Assembly (NCBI GenBank): GCA_039591795.1
Contig: JBDHCY010000001.1
Span: 10,887-74,886, forward strand
Length of the DNA stretch: 64,000 nt
Direction: 5' to 3'
Source: Gemmatimonadota bacterium
GTDB lineage: Bacteria; Gemmatimonadota; Gemmatimonadetes; Gemmatimonadales; GWC2-71-9
This document shows positions 1 to 8,337 of this stretch, piece by piece (the first letter of the stretch is position 1; each line of letters begins with the position of its first letter). The position numbers were made by a program, and so were the translations under genes. The notes below the pieces were generated by a model. It had not been told where the DNA came from, did no database searches, and saw only the letters and a program-made list of their open reading frames with translations.

Positions 1-133
1 GTGTGGGCGAGGACATACTCGAGGCCGTGCTCGGGCACCGGCCAGCGTGCCCATGAGTGCAAACATGTCCGAGGGGACAGGGGGGGTCAAGCGACCTAGA
101 TGGCCCACGAATGCTGGGAAGGCGGCGGAACGG

Positions 134-1555
134 CTAGCCGGCCAGGACGGCTCCGGTGATGGCGAACGCGATCGTGGCGATGCCACCCGCTACCAGCGCG
201 TACGGGAGCTGAGTGCGCACGTGCTCGATGTGATCCGACGCTGATGCGAGCGAGGCAATGATCGTCGTGTCACTGATCGGGCTGCAGTGATCGCCGAAGA
301 TGCCGCCGGAGAGGGACGCCGCCACGAAAGGAGCCGGCGAGAGACCGAGCGCCATGGCCAGCGGGACCGCAAGCGGCAGCATGATGCCGAACGTCCCCCA
401 GCTGCTTCCGGTGGCAAAGGCGATTCCCGCCGCAGTCAGAAAGACCAGCGGCAGCAAGACCGGCAGTGGGAGGCGACCCGCCACGATTCCCGCAACGTAT
501 TCGCCCGTTCCGAGCACCTCGGTCACATCCGCCAATGTGATCGAAAGGAGCAGGACAAGCGCCATGCCCGTGAGGCCTCCGGCCCCCTTCAGACTGACCT
601 GGCTCAGCTGGTCGAGGCTCAAGAGTCGCTGGACCCGGGAGAGAATCCACGCGACGGCGATGCCGGCGAACACGGCCCACAGCACGCTGGTGGAGCCCGA
701 CCCTTGGGCGATGCTCCCTTCTCCGGTCACGTACATCGCGAGCGGCATCACGCCGACCATGGTCACGATGGGGATCGCCATGTTGACGGGCCGACGCGGG
801 ATGTCCGGCTCCGGCGGGGGCGCAATGTCCTCCGGATCGGCCAGGGCCACCGCGTGCTCCCAGTGCAACTGACCGCCAGCGGTGCGCTGCTGGGCCTTGC
901 GCATGGGGCCCCAGTCCAACCCCCACAGCGCACTGCTTCCCGCGAGCAGCCCTGCCGCGATCGCGTAGAAGTTGAGCGGAATCGCGATGAGAAACACCGT
1001 CAGCGCATCGGCCACGTCCAGGCCAATGAGCAAGCTGAGTACGTACGCGCCCCACGCGTTGAAGGGAATCAGAATGCAGACCGGGGCCGACGTCGAGTCG
1101 ATGATATAGGCGAGCTTTTCGCGGGAGACGCGGAATCGATCGAACAACGGCCTCGAAATGGAACCCGCAACGAGTATGGTCAGGTTCGATTCGATGAAGA
1201 TCACGACGCCCACCATCCAGGCGAGCAGCTGTGCGCGCCGCCCCGTCGTGACCCATTGTCGCGCCTCTACCCACTCCACGAAGCCGCGCACTCCGCCATT
1301 GGCCTCCACGACGGCAATGAGCGAACCGATCGCGAAGGTGAACAGCAATACGCGAGTATTGTCGCCCTCTCCCAGCACCCGCACCGTTGCGTCGATCGCC
1401 GCGGCGGCTCCGATTCCCGGATGCCACTGGCTGAAGATGATCCACCCGAGCAAGATCCCTGCGGCCAGCGACAGGTACACTTGCCTCGTGTAGATCGCGA
1501 GGAAGATTGCCACCAGCGGCGGCACCAGGGAGAGAATCCCGAACCCTGCGTCCAC
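134..1555 (-). CDS. Na+/H+ antiporter NhaC-family membrane transporter
   Basis: 473-aa ORF with many hydrophobic segments. The N-terminus GILSLVPPLVAIFLAIYTRQV resembles NhaC-type antiporters. Family call is from recall. Confidence 0.75.
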   Translation of the reverse strand: MDAGFGILSLVPPLVAIFLAIYTRQVYLSLAAGILLGWIIFSQWHPGIGAAAAIDATVRVLGEGDNTRVLLFTFAIGSLIAVVEANGGVRGFVEWVEARQWVTTGRRAQLLAWMVGVVIFIESNLTILVAGSISRPLFDRFRVSREKLAYIIDSTSAPVCILIPFNAWGAYVLSLLIGLDVADALTVFLIAIPLNFYAIAAGLLAGSSALWGLDWGPMRKAQQRTAGGQLHWEHAVALADPEDIAPPPEPDIPRRPVNMAIPIVTMVGVMPLAMYVTGEGSIAQGSGSTSVLWAVFAGIAVAWILSRVQRLLSLDQLSQVSLKGAGGLTGMALVLLLSITLADVTEVLGTGEYVAGIVAGRLPLPVLLPLVFLTAAGIAFATGSSWGTFGIMLPLAVPLAMALGLSPAPFVAASLSGGIFGDHCSPISDTTIIASLASASDHIEHVRTQLPYALVAGGIATIAFAITGAVLAG

Positions 1556-1707
1556 TATGGCTGCCCGCTCCGGAGCAACCCTGAACTCATCGGGCCGAGG
1601 GATGCATTCGGCATCGAGACGGTGCGCGAGACAGTCCGAGCGACGCCGATCTGGGATGCCGACATGAGTCCAAGTTGCGCGCGCCCCCTCGTAGCGGCAA
1701 GGCGGCG

Positions 1708-2871
1708 CTACAGCTCGATCAGCTCCGCCTGAGGATCGGCCGGTGTGACTTCAGGGCGGTCGGCGTGCAGGAGGACGTTGATCTCGCTTCGGACGCCGAA
1801 CCGCTCAGCCAGGTACACCCCCGGTTCCACCGAAAAGCCGCTTCCGGGTAACAGCGTTCGCTCGTCGCGGGTTTCGTAGTTGTCGAGGTGGGGCCCCGAT
1901 CCGTGGAGGTCGCGGTCGATGGAGTGACCGGTCCGGTGCACGAATGCCTCGCCGTAGCCGGCTCGCTCGATGGTCCCGCGCGCGACGTCGTCCAGATCCG
2001 CGCCCCTGATTCGTTCGCCGTGTGCGCACGCCTCCGCGAGACGGGCAATCACAGCGTCCCGCGCGTCGCGCACGGTGTGCCACACGTGCCGCACGTCGTC
2101 GGGCGCCGGACCCGCATGCGCCATCCATGTCTGGTCTGCGTAGACCGAGCCGGGATAGCACCCCCACAGGTCGAGGAGTACGACCTGTCCGGGCCGAAGC
2201 ATCCCGTCGGCCCCTCCCTGCGGCTCGTAGTGCGGATTCGCGCTGTGCGGCCCAAAGGCGGCGATCGGCGCGTCCTGGGTCTGGAGCCCTGCCCGCTCGA
2301 TCGCCGCGAGGACGGATCGCTGCACGTCAAGCTCGCTCAGCGCCCGGCCGTTCGCCAGCGCGTCACCCACGTCCCGGAACGCCTGTTGCGCGATGCCGGC
2401 TAACTGGCTCGCAGCAGCGCGATGCTTCTGCGCGTCATCCGGTGACCAGCGGGCTGCGAATTGGGACACGAGCTCGTCCGACGGCACGATGGTGACGCCG
2501 AAACGTTCGAGATACTGCGCAACGCCGAGAGGAACGCGGTCGAGGTAGGGCACACTGTCGTCTTGCGAGATCTCCATGGCGACGCGCTTGTCGGACACGG
2601 TGGCTCGCAACGCCGCCTCGAGCTCGCGCCAAGCGGAGTACGGGATCACGCGGCCCGGAAAACCTTCGAGTGGCTGCAGCTCGATCCGGTGAGCGACGGC
2701 AACCGGTTCTCCAGTCGCGGGGAGGAACACGAACAGCCGGCGCGTCGCCATCCCACGTAGGCCGAGCAGCAGGCGGACCACGGGATTCACGCCGTGGAAA
2801 TCGTACAACAGCCAGCCGTCCAGCTTGGCCTCGCGGAGCACGGCTTGGATCGCGGCAACGTCGACGTTCAT
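1708..2871 (-). CDS. M24 family metallopeptidase (Xaa-Pro aminopeptidase-like)
   Basis: ORF trimmed to ATG 2871 (MNVDVAAIQ), which overlaps the upstream stop as ATGA. The C-terminal HRTGHSID...GFSVEPGVY region is typical of the M24 pita-bread fold. Confidence 0.8.
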   Translation of the reverse strand: MNVDVAAIQAVLREAKLDGWLLYDFHGVNPVVRLLLGLRGMATRRLFVFLPATGEPVAVAHRIELQPLEGFPGRVIPYSAWRELEAALRATVSDKRVAMEISQDDSVPYLDRVPLGVAQYLERFGVTIVPSDELVSQFAARWSPDDAQKHRAAASQLAGIAQQAFRDVGDALANGRALSELDVQRSVLAAIERAGLQTQDAPIAAFGPHSANPHYEPQGGADGMLRPGQVVLLDLWGCYPGSVYADQTWMAHAGPAPDDVRHVWHTVRDARDAVIARLAEACAHGERIRGADLDDVARGTIERAGYGEAFVHRTGHSIDRDLHGSGPHLDNYETRDERTLLPGSGFSVEPGVYLAERFGVRSEINVLLHADRPEVTPADPQAELIEL

Positions 2872-3512
2872 AGCATCAGCTCCGATGGGATCGCTCCGGA
2901 CCACTGGCAGACCTCCGCACCCAGGGCTCGGCACGAGCCGTGTTGGAGTGCGCCTTCATAGCCGGCGAGAAGTCGTAGCAGCTCGGCAAAGGCAGCGCCA
3001 TAGAAGGTGCAACCCCGTCCGTCGCCGGTGCCACGCACCGAGAGCGGCTCGTCCAGATCGACCGCGGGGATTGACCCTTCGAACCGTAAGGTGGCGTCGA
3101 AGACACGGCGAGCAACTCGCTGTGACATGCGCACGCCGACGCGGCGGCCGAGCCCTCGCGGAGCGACACGCGGCAGAAACCGCCCTCGTGGGTAGATGAC
3201 ACGAACCGCACGCCGGGCGGCTCGCCGCCCGGCATCGGCGAAAAGGACCTCGTGGTCGGGTCGCCGGCCCAGAAGGGAGAACAGCGCAACGGCCTCGTCC
3301 GCGGCCACGCGGCGTCGCCGACGTGCCCCGCGAGCATACCGTGCCGCTTGTGCCGCGACGGTGCCGGAGAGGCCAAGTCGGCGCGACAAAAGCTCGTCGG
3401 CGATCTCGTGGAGGTCGTCTCCATAGGGGGTGTCGAGGTTCTGGAGCGCCTCGAGCATGGCGAGCGGAATGACGGGATGCGTCTGGGAAGCGGCGGCCCT
3501 CACCGGCGCCAA
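2868..3512 (-). CDS. V4R (4-vinyl reductase-like) domain protein, tentative
   Basis: 214-aa ORF. The C-terminal CTFYGAAFAELLRLL...GSCRALGAEVCQW resembles the Cys-containing V4R ligand-binding domain. The Arg-rich central part lowers confidence. Confidence 0.5.
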   Translation of the reverse strand: MAPVRAAASQTHPVIPLAMLEALQNLDTPYGDDLHEIADELLSRRLGLSGTVAAQAARYARGARRRRRVAADEAVALFSLLGRRPDHEVLFADAGRRAARRAVRVIYPRGRFLPRVAPRGLGRRVGVRMSQRVARRVFDATLRFEGSIPAVDLDEPLSVRGTGDGRGCTFYGAAFAELLRLLAGYEGALQHGSCRALGAEVCQWSGAIPSELML

Positions 3513-3559
3513 CTTAATCTTGTTGCCCCACTGACGACCAGGGGGTATCGTCGATCGCT

Positions 3560-4120
3560 ATGGACATAGCCGAGAAGCAGGCGGCCTTCGAGCGTGAGGC
3601 ACTGATTCACCTCGATGTGCTCTACCGCGTCGCCGTGCGACTCACGGGCTCGGCTGCGGATGCCGACGATCTCGTTCAGGAGGCGATCCTCCGCGCGTTT
3701 CGGGCATGGGACCAATACCGACCGGGAACAAATGCCCGGGCCTGGTTGCTCACTATTCTGCGGAACCAGTTCGTCAACGACTACCGCCGCCGCCGGCGGC
3801 ACCAGGAGGCGGCAGAGGAAATCGCCGGAGACCCGAACGCGGTCTTCATGAGCGCCCGTGAGGTGGACCCGACCGGAGCGTTCTTCGACCGCATCGTAGA
3901 CGCGAAGGTACTCGAGGCGATTGACAGGTTACCCGAGGAGTTCCGCGAAGCAGTCGTATTGGTCGACGTCGAGGGGCTCTCGTACGACGAGGCAACACAG
4001 GTGCTCGAGGTCCCGATCGGAACGCTCAAATCTCGTCTGTTCCGCGCTCGTCGCCGCTTGCAGCGCGAGCTTTACGACTACGCCGTGGAAATGGGCTACA
4101 TCAAGGCATCGGCTCCATGA
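3560..4120 (+). CDS. ECF-type RNA polymerase sigma-70 family factor
   Basis: 186 aa. Region 2 (DLVQEAILRAFRAW) and a region 4 HTH (LSYDEATQVLEVPIGTLKSRLFRAR) are present. Confidence 0.85.
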   Translation: MDIAEKQAAFEREALIHLDVLYRVAVRLTGSAADADDLVQEAILRAFRAWDQYRPGTNARAWLLTILRNQFVNDYRRRRRHQEAAEEIAGDPNAVFMSAREVDPTGAFFDRIVDAKVLEAIDRLPEEFREAVVLVDVEGLSYDEATQVLEVPIGTLKSRLFRARRRLQRELYDYAVEMGYIKASAP

Positions 4121-4380
4121 GCAGCTCTCCGCGTGACATCAGCTGCCACGAAGCCCTGGAGCACCTCTACGAGTACCTCGACCACGAGCTCACTCCAGAG
4201 GTGGAGGCGGAGGTCCGCGGACACCTCGTGGCCTGCGTAGTCTGCACGAGCCGCTTCGGCTTCGAGGAAGTGTTCCTCAAGTTCCTCGAAGCGAAGAGCC
4301 AGGCTCAGGGCGCCTCGCCAGAACTCAGGCGACGCATCCTCGAGCGGCTCTTCCTCGACCCCGACGTGCCCGAGCGGTGA
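4117..4380 (+). CDS. zinc-binding anti-sigma factor (ZAS, RsrA-like)
   Basis: 87 aa. The ATG overlaps the sigma stop (ATGA). Cys10 plus H36-x3-C40-x2-C43 form an HxxxCxxC motif. Confidence 0.75.
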   Translation: MSSSPRDISCHEALEHLYEYLDHELTPEVEAEVRGHLVACVVCTSRFGFEEVFLKFLEAKSQAQGASPELRRRILERLFLDPDVPER

Positions 4381-5159
4381 TCGACCCCGCGGCGGCAGTG
4401 CTCCTCGCCGCTGGGGTCTCCGCCGTCGCCGTGCTGGCTCGCTGGCTCACAGTTGGCGGGGCCATGGCGGCCTCTTTGGTCGGCGCTGCCGTGCTCTTCG
4501 GTGCCGGCTGGGGTGGCGGTGCCATGCTCGCCACGTTCTTCGTCTCGGGGTCCCTCCTCTCTGGCATGAACGAGCGGGCGCGCGCCACGCGGACGGCCGA
4601 TGCGAAGACAGGCCCGCGCGACACCGTCCAAGTCCTCGCCAACGGCCTCCCGGGTGCGTTCGCCGCACTGGTCGTTCCTCCCCTGTTCCCACCCACTGTT
4701 GTCGTGGGTGGGGCGATCGCCGCCGCGGCCGCTGACACCTGGGCCACGGAAATCGGAATGGCTCTGGGGAGACGGCCCAGACTCATCACCACGCTCCAGC
4801 CCGTGCCTCCGGGCACATCGGGAGGCGTCACACTCACCGGAACGGCGGCCGCGCTGGCCGGGGCGGCCACGGTTGGCGCCATCGCGATGCCGTTTGGGCT
4901 CCCGCCACCGCTCCTTCCGATCGTGATCACGGCTGGCTTGACCGGTGCCTTGCTCGACTCATTCGCAGGCGCGATACTCCAGGGACGATTCCGGTGCGAG
5001 CGATGCAACGTCGAAACCGAGCGCCGACTACACGAATGCGGCACGTTGACGGTTCGGGTGCGCGGCCTCAGCTGGCTCACCAACGACGGCGTGAACCTTC
5101 TGGCCTCGTCTTGCGGCGCTGGATTGGCCTTCCTGTGGCTGTCGCTACGCTGGGCCTAG
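4377..5159 (+). CDS. DUF92/TMEM19-like integral membrane protein
   Basis: 260 aa. The GTG overlaps the anti-sigma stop (GTGA). Polytopic, with an AAAAADTWATEIG motif recalled from the DUF92 family. Confidence 0.65.
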   Translation: MIDPAAAVLLAAGVSAVAVLARWLTVGGAMAASLVGAAVLFGAGWGGGAMLATFFVSGSLLSGMNERARATRTADAKTGPRDTVQVLANGLPGAFAALVVPPLFPPTVVVGGAIAAAAADTWATEIGMALGRRPRLITTLQPVPPGTSGGVTLTGTAAALAGAATVGAIAMPFGLPPPLLPIVITAGLTGALLDSFAGAILQGRFRCERCNVETERRLHECGTLTVRVRGLSWLTNDGVNLLASSCGAGLAFLWLSLRWA

Positions 5160-5530
5160 CGTGCATCGGCAGCGACGGCCTCGTCGTGGAGAGCGACCGG
5201 GGAACCATCGGTGTCGGTTCGAGCCCAACGCTCGATCTGGTCGGATCGTGGCGCCACACGGTGATCGTGCAGACCGACGGCGGTGACGTTCAGTCGAGCG
5301 AGACGGCGTGGACGTTCGAGGACGACCTCGACTGTGTGCGCGTCGTCACGCTGCGCTCGGTCTCTTTCGGCGGCGTGCTCGACATCCTTCCGCGAACCTG
5401 TACCTACACGGCGAGCACCGCGTCGGTGACAATCGTCTTCACCGACGACCCGACCTCGGTCACCTTCGACGCTCGAGTCGTGCGCGACACGTTGTACCTC
5501 GACGACTTCGCTTTCGAGCGCATCCGCTAA
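5111..5530 (+). CDS. small putative lipoprotein (hypothetical)
   Basis: TTG 5111 gives MRRWIGLPVAVATLGLAC, a lipobox-type signal peptide. No recognisable domain. Both the start and whether the gene is real are uncertain. Confidence 0.4.
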   Translation: MRRWIGLPVAVATLGLACIGSDGLVVESDRGTIGVGSSPTLDLVGSWRHTVIVQTDGGDVQSSETAWTFEDDLDCVRVVTLRSVSFGGVLDILPRTCTYTASTASVTIVFTDDPTSVTFDARVVRDTLYLDDFAFERIR

Positions 5531-5532
5531 CC

Positions 5533-6723
5533 ATGCCAGTTACTCGACGATGGGATGTCGTCGTCGCGGGCGCCGGCCCCGCGGGCGCCGCCACTGCCGC
5601 ATTCCTCGCCGAAGCGGGCTGCCGCACTTTGCTCATCGACCGAGCCCGCTTCCCGCGTGAAAAGCCGTGCAGCGACTACGTGGCCCCCGGTGCCCGCTCG
5701 GTCCTCGCGAAGCTCGGAGTGCTCGGCGCGCTCGAGCAGCGCGGCGAGCCCGTGCACGGCATGGAGGTCACGTCTCCGTCCGGCACGACGCTGCGAGGGG
5801 ACTATCGGGGAGGCTCGGGGTTCGGGATGCCCCGCCGCGAGCTCGACGCGCAGCTCGTCGAGCTCGCCGTTGCCCGCGGCGCTACGCTGTGGGAGGAGAC
5901 CCGCGCAGAGGGACTCACCGTCACGCTGCGCGGGGCGCCCGCCTTGCGGGCACGTCACGCTGGCCACACTCACACCCTGAGCGCCCGGGTCGTCGTGGGC
6001 GCCGACGGGTTGCGGTCCGCGATCGCGCGCGCCCTGGGCGGGGGGACACGTGTCGGCCCACGGCGCCTGGCCCTCGTTGCGCAGATCGCCGACGTCGAGG
6101 GCCTCCACGGCGTGGGCGAGATCTTCGTCGCAGGAGGCGGCTATGTCGGAGTGGCACCGCTCCCCGGCGGAGCCGCGAACGTCGCCGTCGTGCAGCCGGC
6201 CGCGCGGGCCCACCGCGGGATGAGCGGGAGCGCGCTCTTTTGGACGGAGCTGGCCCATCATCCCGACCTGCACAGCCGTGTTCGGGATCGGCCGGTGCTC
6301 CGCGGTGTGCTGGCAACCGGTCCCTTCGGCTGGCGCAGCCAGCGAGCGGTGGGCAACGGGGTCATTCTCGTGGGAGACGCTGCCCATTTCTTCGATCCGT
6401 TGACGGGCGACGGCGTCGCCGCCGCATTGCACGGCGCGGCGCTCGCCGCGCAGGTGATTCTCCAGGCACTCGGGCGGCTCGACGTGCCGACACGGCGAGC
6501 CCTTGCACCGTACGAGACGATGCATCGGCGACTCTTCGGGGGACGCTGGTCGGCCCAGCGGCTGTTGGGCGCGGCCGTTGCACATCCCCGCCTCTTCGAC
6601 CTCGGCCTGCGGGCACTGACCCAGCGTCGGGAGCTCGGCGACCGCATCGTCCAGTTCGCCGGGAGCGTCGCCCCGGTGAGCAGTCTCTTTCAGCCCCTCG
6701 CCACCAATCCGAGGCCCGCGTGA
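5533..6723 (+). CDS. FAD-dependent oxidoreductase, geranylgeranyl reductase/UbiH-like family
   Basis: Start at ATG 5533. Dinucleotide fold DVVVAGAGPAGAATAAFLAEAG, and later GDAAHFFDPLTGDG. Confidence 0.8.
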   Translation: MPVTRRWDVVVAGAGPAGAATAAFLAEAGCRTLLIDRARFPREKPCSDYVAPGARSVLAKLGVLGALEQRGEPVHGMEVTSPSGTTLRGDYRGGSGFGMPRRELDAQLVELAVARGATLWEETRAEGLTVTLRGAPALRARHAGHTHTLSARVVVGADGLRSAIARALGGGTRVGPRRLALVAQIADVEGLHGVGEIFVAGGGYVGVAPLPGGAANVAVVQPAARAHRGMSGSALFWTELAHHPDLHSRVRDRPVLRGVLATGPFGWRSQRAVGNGVILVGDAAHFFDPLTGDGVAAALHGAALAAQVILQALGRLDVPTRRALAPYETMHRRLFGGRWSAQRLLGAAVAHPRLFDLGLRALTQRRELGDRIVQFAGSVAPVSSLFQPLATNPRPA

Positions 6724-7202
6724 CCAAGCCACCCGTTGACGCACCGAACTTCCGGCAGCTACTCGGTCGTTTCGCGACGGGCGTCGCCGTGCTCACCACT
6801 CGAGGAGTCGATGGCGAGCCGACCGGAACGACCGTGAATACCCTCACCTCAGTGTCTCTCTCTCCGCCGCTTGTGCTCATCTGCCTCGACCGGCAGCACG
6901 ACAGCCACGCCGCGTTGAGCGGAGCCGAGTGTTTCGCCCTGAACATTCTGGCGAACGACCAAGAGGAGCTGTCGCGACGGTTCGCGGCGGAGGACCGTCA
7001 CTTTCAGGGAGTTGGCTACCGGCTGAGCGATAGCGGTGTCCCGCTGCTGGACGGCGCGCTCGCCTACATCGAATGCGAGCTCGAGAAGCAAGTCGAGGCT
7101 GGCGACCACACCGTATTCTTCGGTCGGGTGGTCGGTGGGGAGGTGGCGGAGCGCCGGCCACTGCTCTACTACCGCGGCGGCTATGCGGCGCTGGCCGGGT
7201 GA
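6720..7202 (+). CDS. flavin reductase family protein
   Basis: GTG 6720 overlaps the upstream TGA (GTGA). FATGVAVLTT...TVNTLTSVSLSPPLVLICL...LYYRGGY is typical of NAD(P)H-flavin reductase domains. Confidence 0.8.
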   Translation: MTKPPVDAPNFRQLLGRFATGVAVLTTRGVDGEPTGTTVNTLTSVSLSPPLVLICLDRQHDSHAALSGAECFALNILANDQEELSRRFAAEDRHFQGVGYRLSDSGVPLLDGALAYIECELEKQVEAGDHTVFFGRVVGGEVAERRPLLYYRGGYAALAG

Positions 7203-7873
7203 TCCCCACCGAGACGCTCGATCGCGTGGATGCGCCGGCCGGGGTCGTGCGAGCGTCGTTGGCCGACATCCGTCGAGCCAATGCTCTCTTTGGCGGCCGC
7301 CGGGCGGTTATTGGCGCGTTGAAGCCGCTCTTTCGTGGCGCGGTGCCGGGAGATCGCTTGACGCTGCTGGATCTCGGAACCGGCGCCGGTGACATTCCAC
7401 GAGCGGCGGCACGTCTCGCGGCACGTTACGGCGTGCGGCTCGAGACCATCGGCGTGGAGCATCACCGCACAGCGGCAGAAATGGCCCGCACCGCAGGCGT
7501 GACCCCGCTCGTTGCCGATGTCGAGTGGCTCCCTCTTCGCACACGATCGATCGATATTGTGATCATGAGCCAGCTCCTCCACCACGCGCCACGTGAGCGC
7601 GCCGTTGCCTGGATTCGCGCCGCCGATCGGGTTGCCCGACGCGCGGTCATCATCGCGGATCTACGCCGCGCACGGCTTGCGATGTGGGGTATCTGGCTCG
7701 TCTCATTTCCACTGGGGTTCCACCCTGTGAGTCGTCGCGACGGCGTGCTGTCGATCAAGAGAGGATTCACGCCATCCGAATTGACCGCTCTCCTCGCAGA
7801 GGCCGGCATCACAGCAACCGCGTTTCCCCGGCTCGGATGGCGCGTCGTGGCGGCATGGGCGCCCGTGGCCTGA
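7199..7873 (+). CDS. class I SAM-dependent methyltransferase
   Basis: GTG 7199 overlaps the upstream stop. SAM-binding motif I LLDLGTGAGDI and a later VIMSQLLHH. Confidence 0.75.
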   Translation: MIPTETLDRVDAPAGVVRASLADIRRANALFGGRRAVIGALKPLFRGAVPGDRLTLLDLGTGAGDIPRAAARLAARYGVRLETIGVEHHRTAAEMARTAGVTPLVADVEWLPLRTRSIDIVIMSQLLHHAPRERAVAWIRAADRVARRAVIIADLRRARLAMWGIWLVSFPLGFHPVSRRDGVLSIKRGFTPSELTALLAEAGITATAFPRLGWRVVAAWAPVA

Positions 7874-8337
7874 TGCACACTGAAGATCGAGCACGCGTCG
7901 CTGCCCCACTCGACGTCGTCTTCGACATCGCGAGTGATGTCGAGCGGTGGCCCGAGATCCTCCCCCACTACCGTTGGGTACGTGTGCTCGAGCGGCACCG
8001 GGACTGGGATCTCGTCGAGATGGCTGCCTGGCGCCCGTTCGGACCGCTCAACTACCCGACGTGGTGGGTGTCGGAGATGCGCCGACTGCCCGATGAGCAC
8101 CGGGTGCGCTATCGGCACGTGCGCGGCATCACGCGCGGGATGGACGTGGAATGGATGCTGCGATCGGCGGACGGCCACGTCGAGGTTACCGTGCTGCACG
8201 ATTGGCTCGGTCCGCGGTGGCCGGTCGTCGGCCCGCTGTTCGCCGACGCGATCGTCGGTCCGATCTTCATTCACGCTATCGCATCGCGCACGGTCGCAGG
8301 CGTCAAGCGAGTCGCCGAGGAGTGGCGTCGTGGTTGA
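7873..8337 (+). CDS. SRPBCC/START-fold protein (polyketide cyclase/dehydrase-like)
   Basis: ATG 7873 shares one nt with the upstream TGA. 154 aa. The N-terminal VVFDIASDVERWPEILPHY pattern is typical of SRPBCC proteins. Confidence 0.65.
   Translation: MHTEDRARVAAPLDVVFDIASDVERWPEILPHYRWVRVLERHRDWDLVEMAAWRPFGPLNYPTWWVSEMRRLPDEHRVRYRHVRGITRGMDVEWMLRSADGHVEVTVLHDWLGPRWPVVGPLFADAIVGPIFIHAIASRTVAGVKRVAEEWRRG

Noticed and set aside
1-133. Possible 5' end of a minus-strand gene running off the left edge (frame reading ...WPVPEHGLEYVLAH), and the track ORF 47-244 plus.
   Set aside because: About 20 codons are visible, which is too short to support. The 47-244 plus ORF overlaps the nhaC 3' end and is Arg/Gly-rich.
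270-1732. Long alternative ORFs overlapping nhaC (270-1445 minus, 391 aa; 287-1732 plus, 481 aa).
   Set aside because: Their translations are Arg/Gly/His/Asp-rich low complexity with no motifs. They are typical stop-poor shadow frames of a high-GC gene. The 134-1555 frame gives a coherent polytopic transporter.
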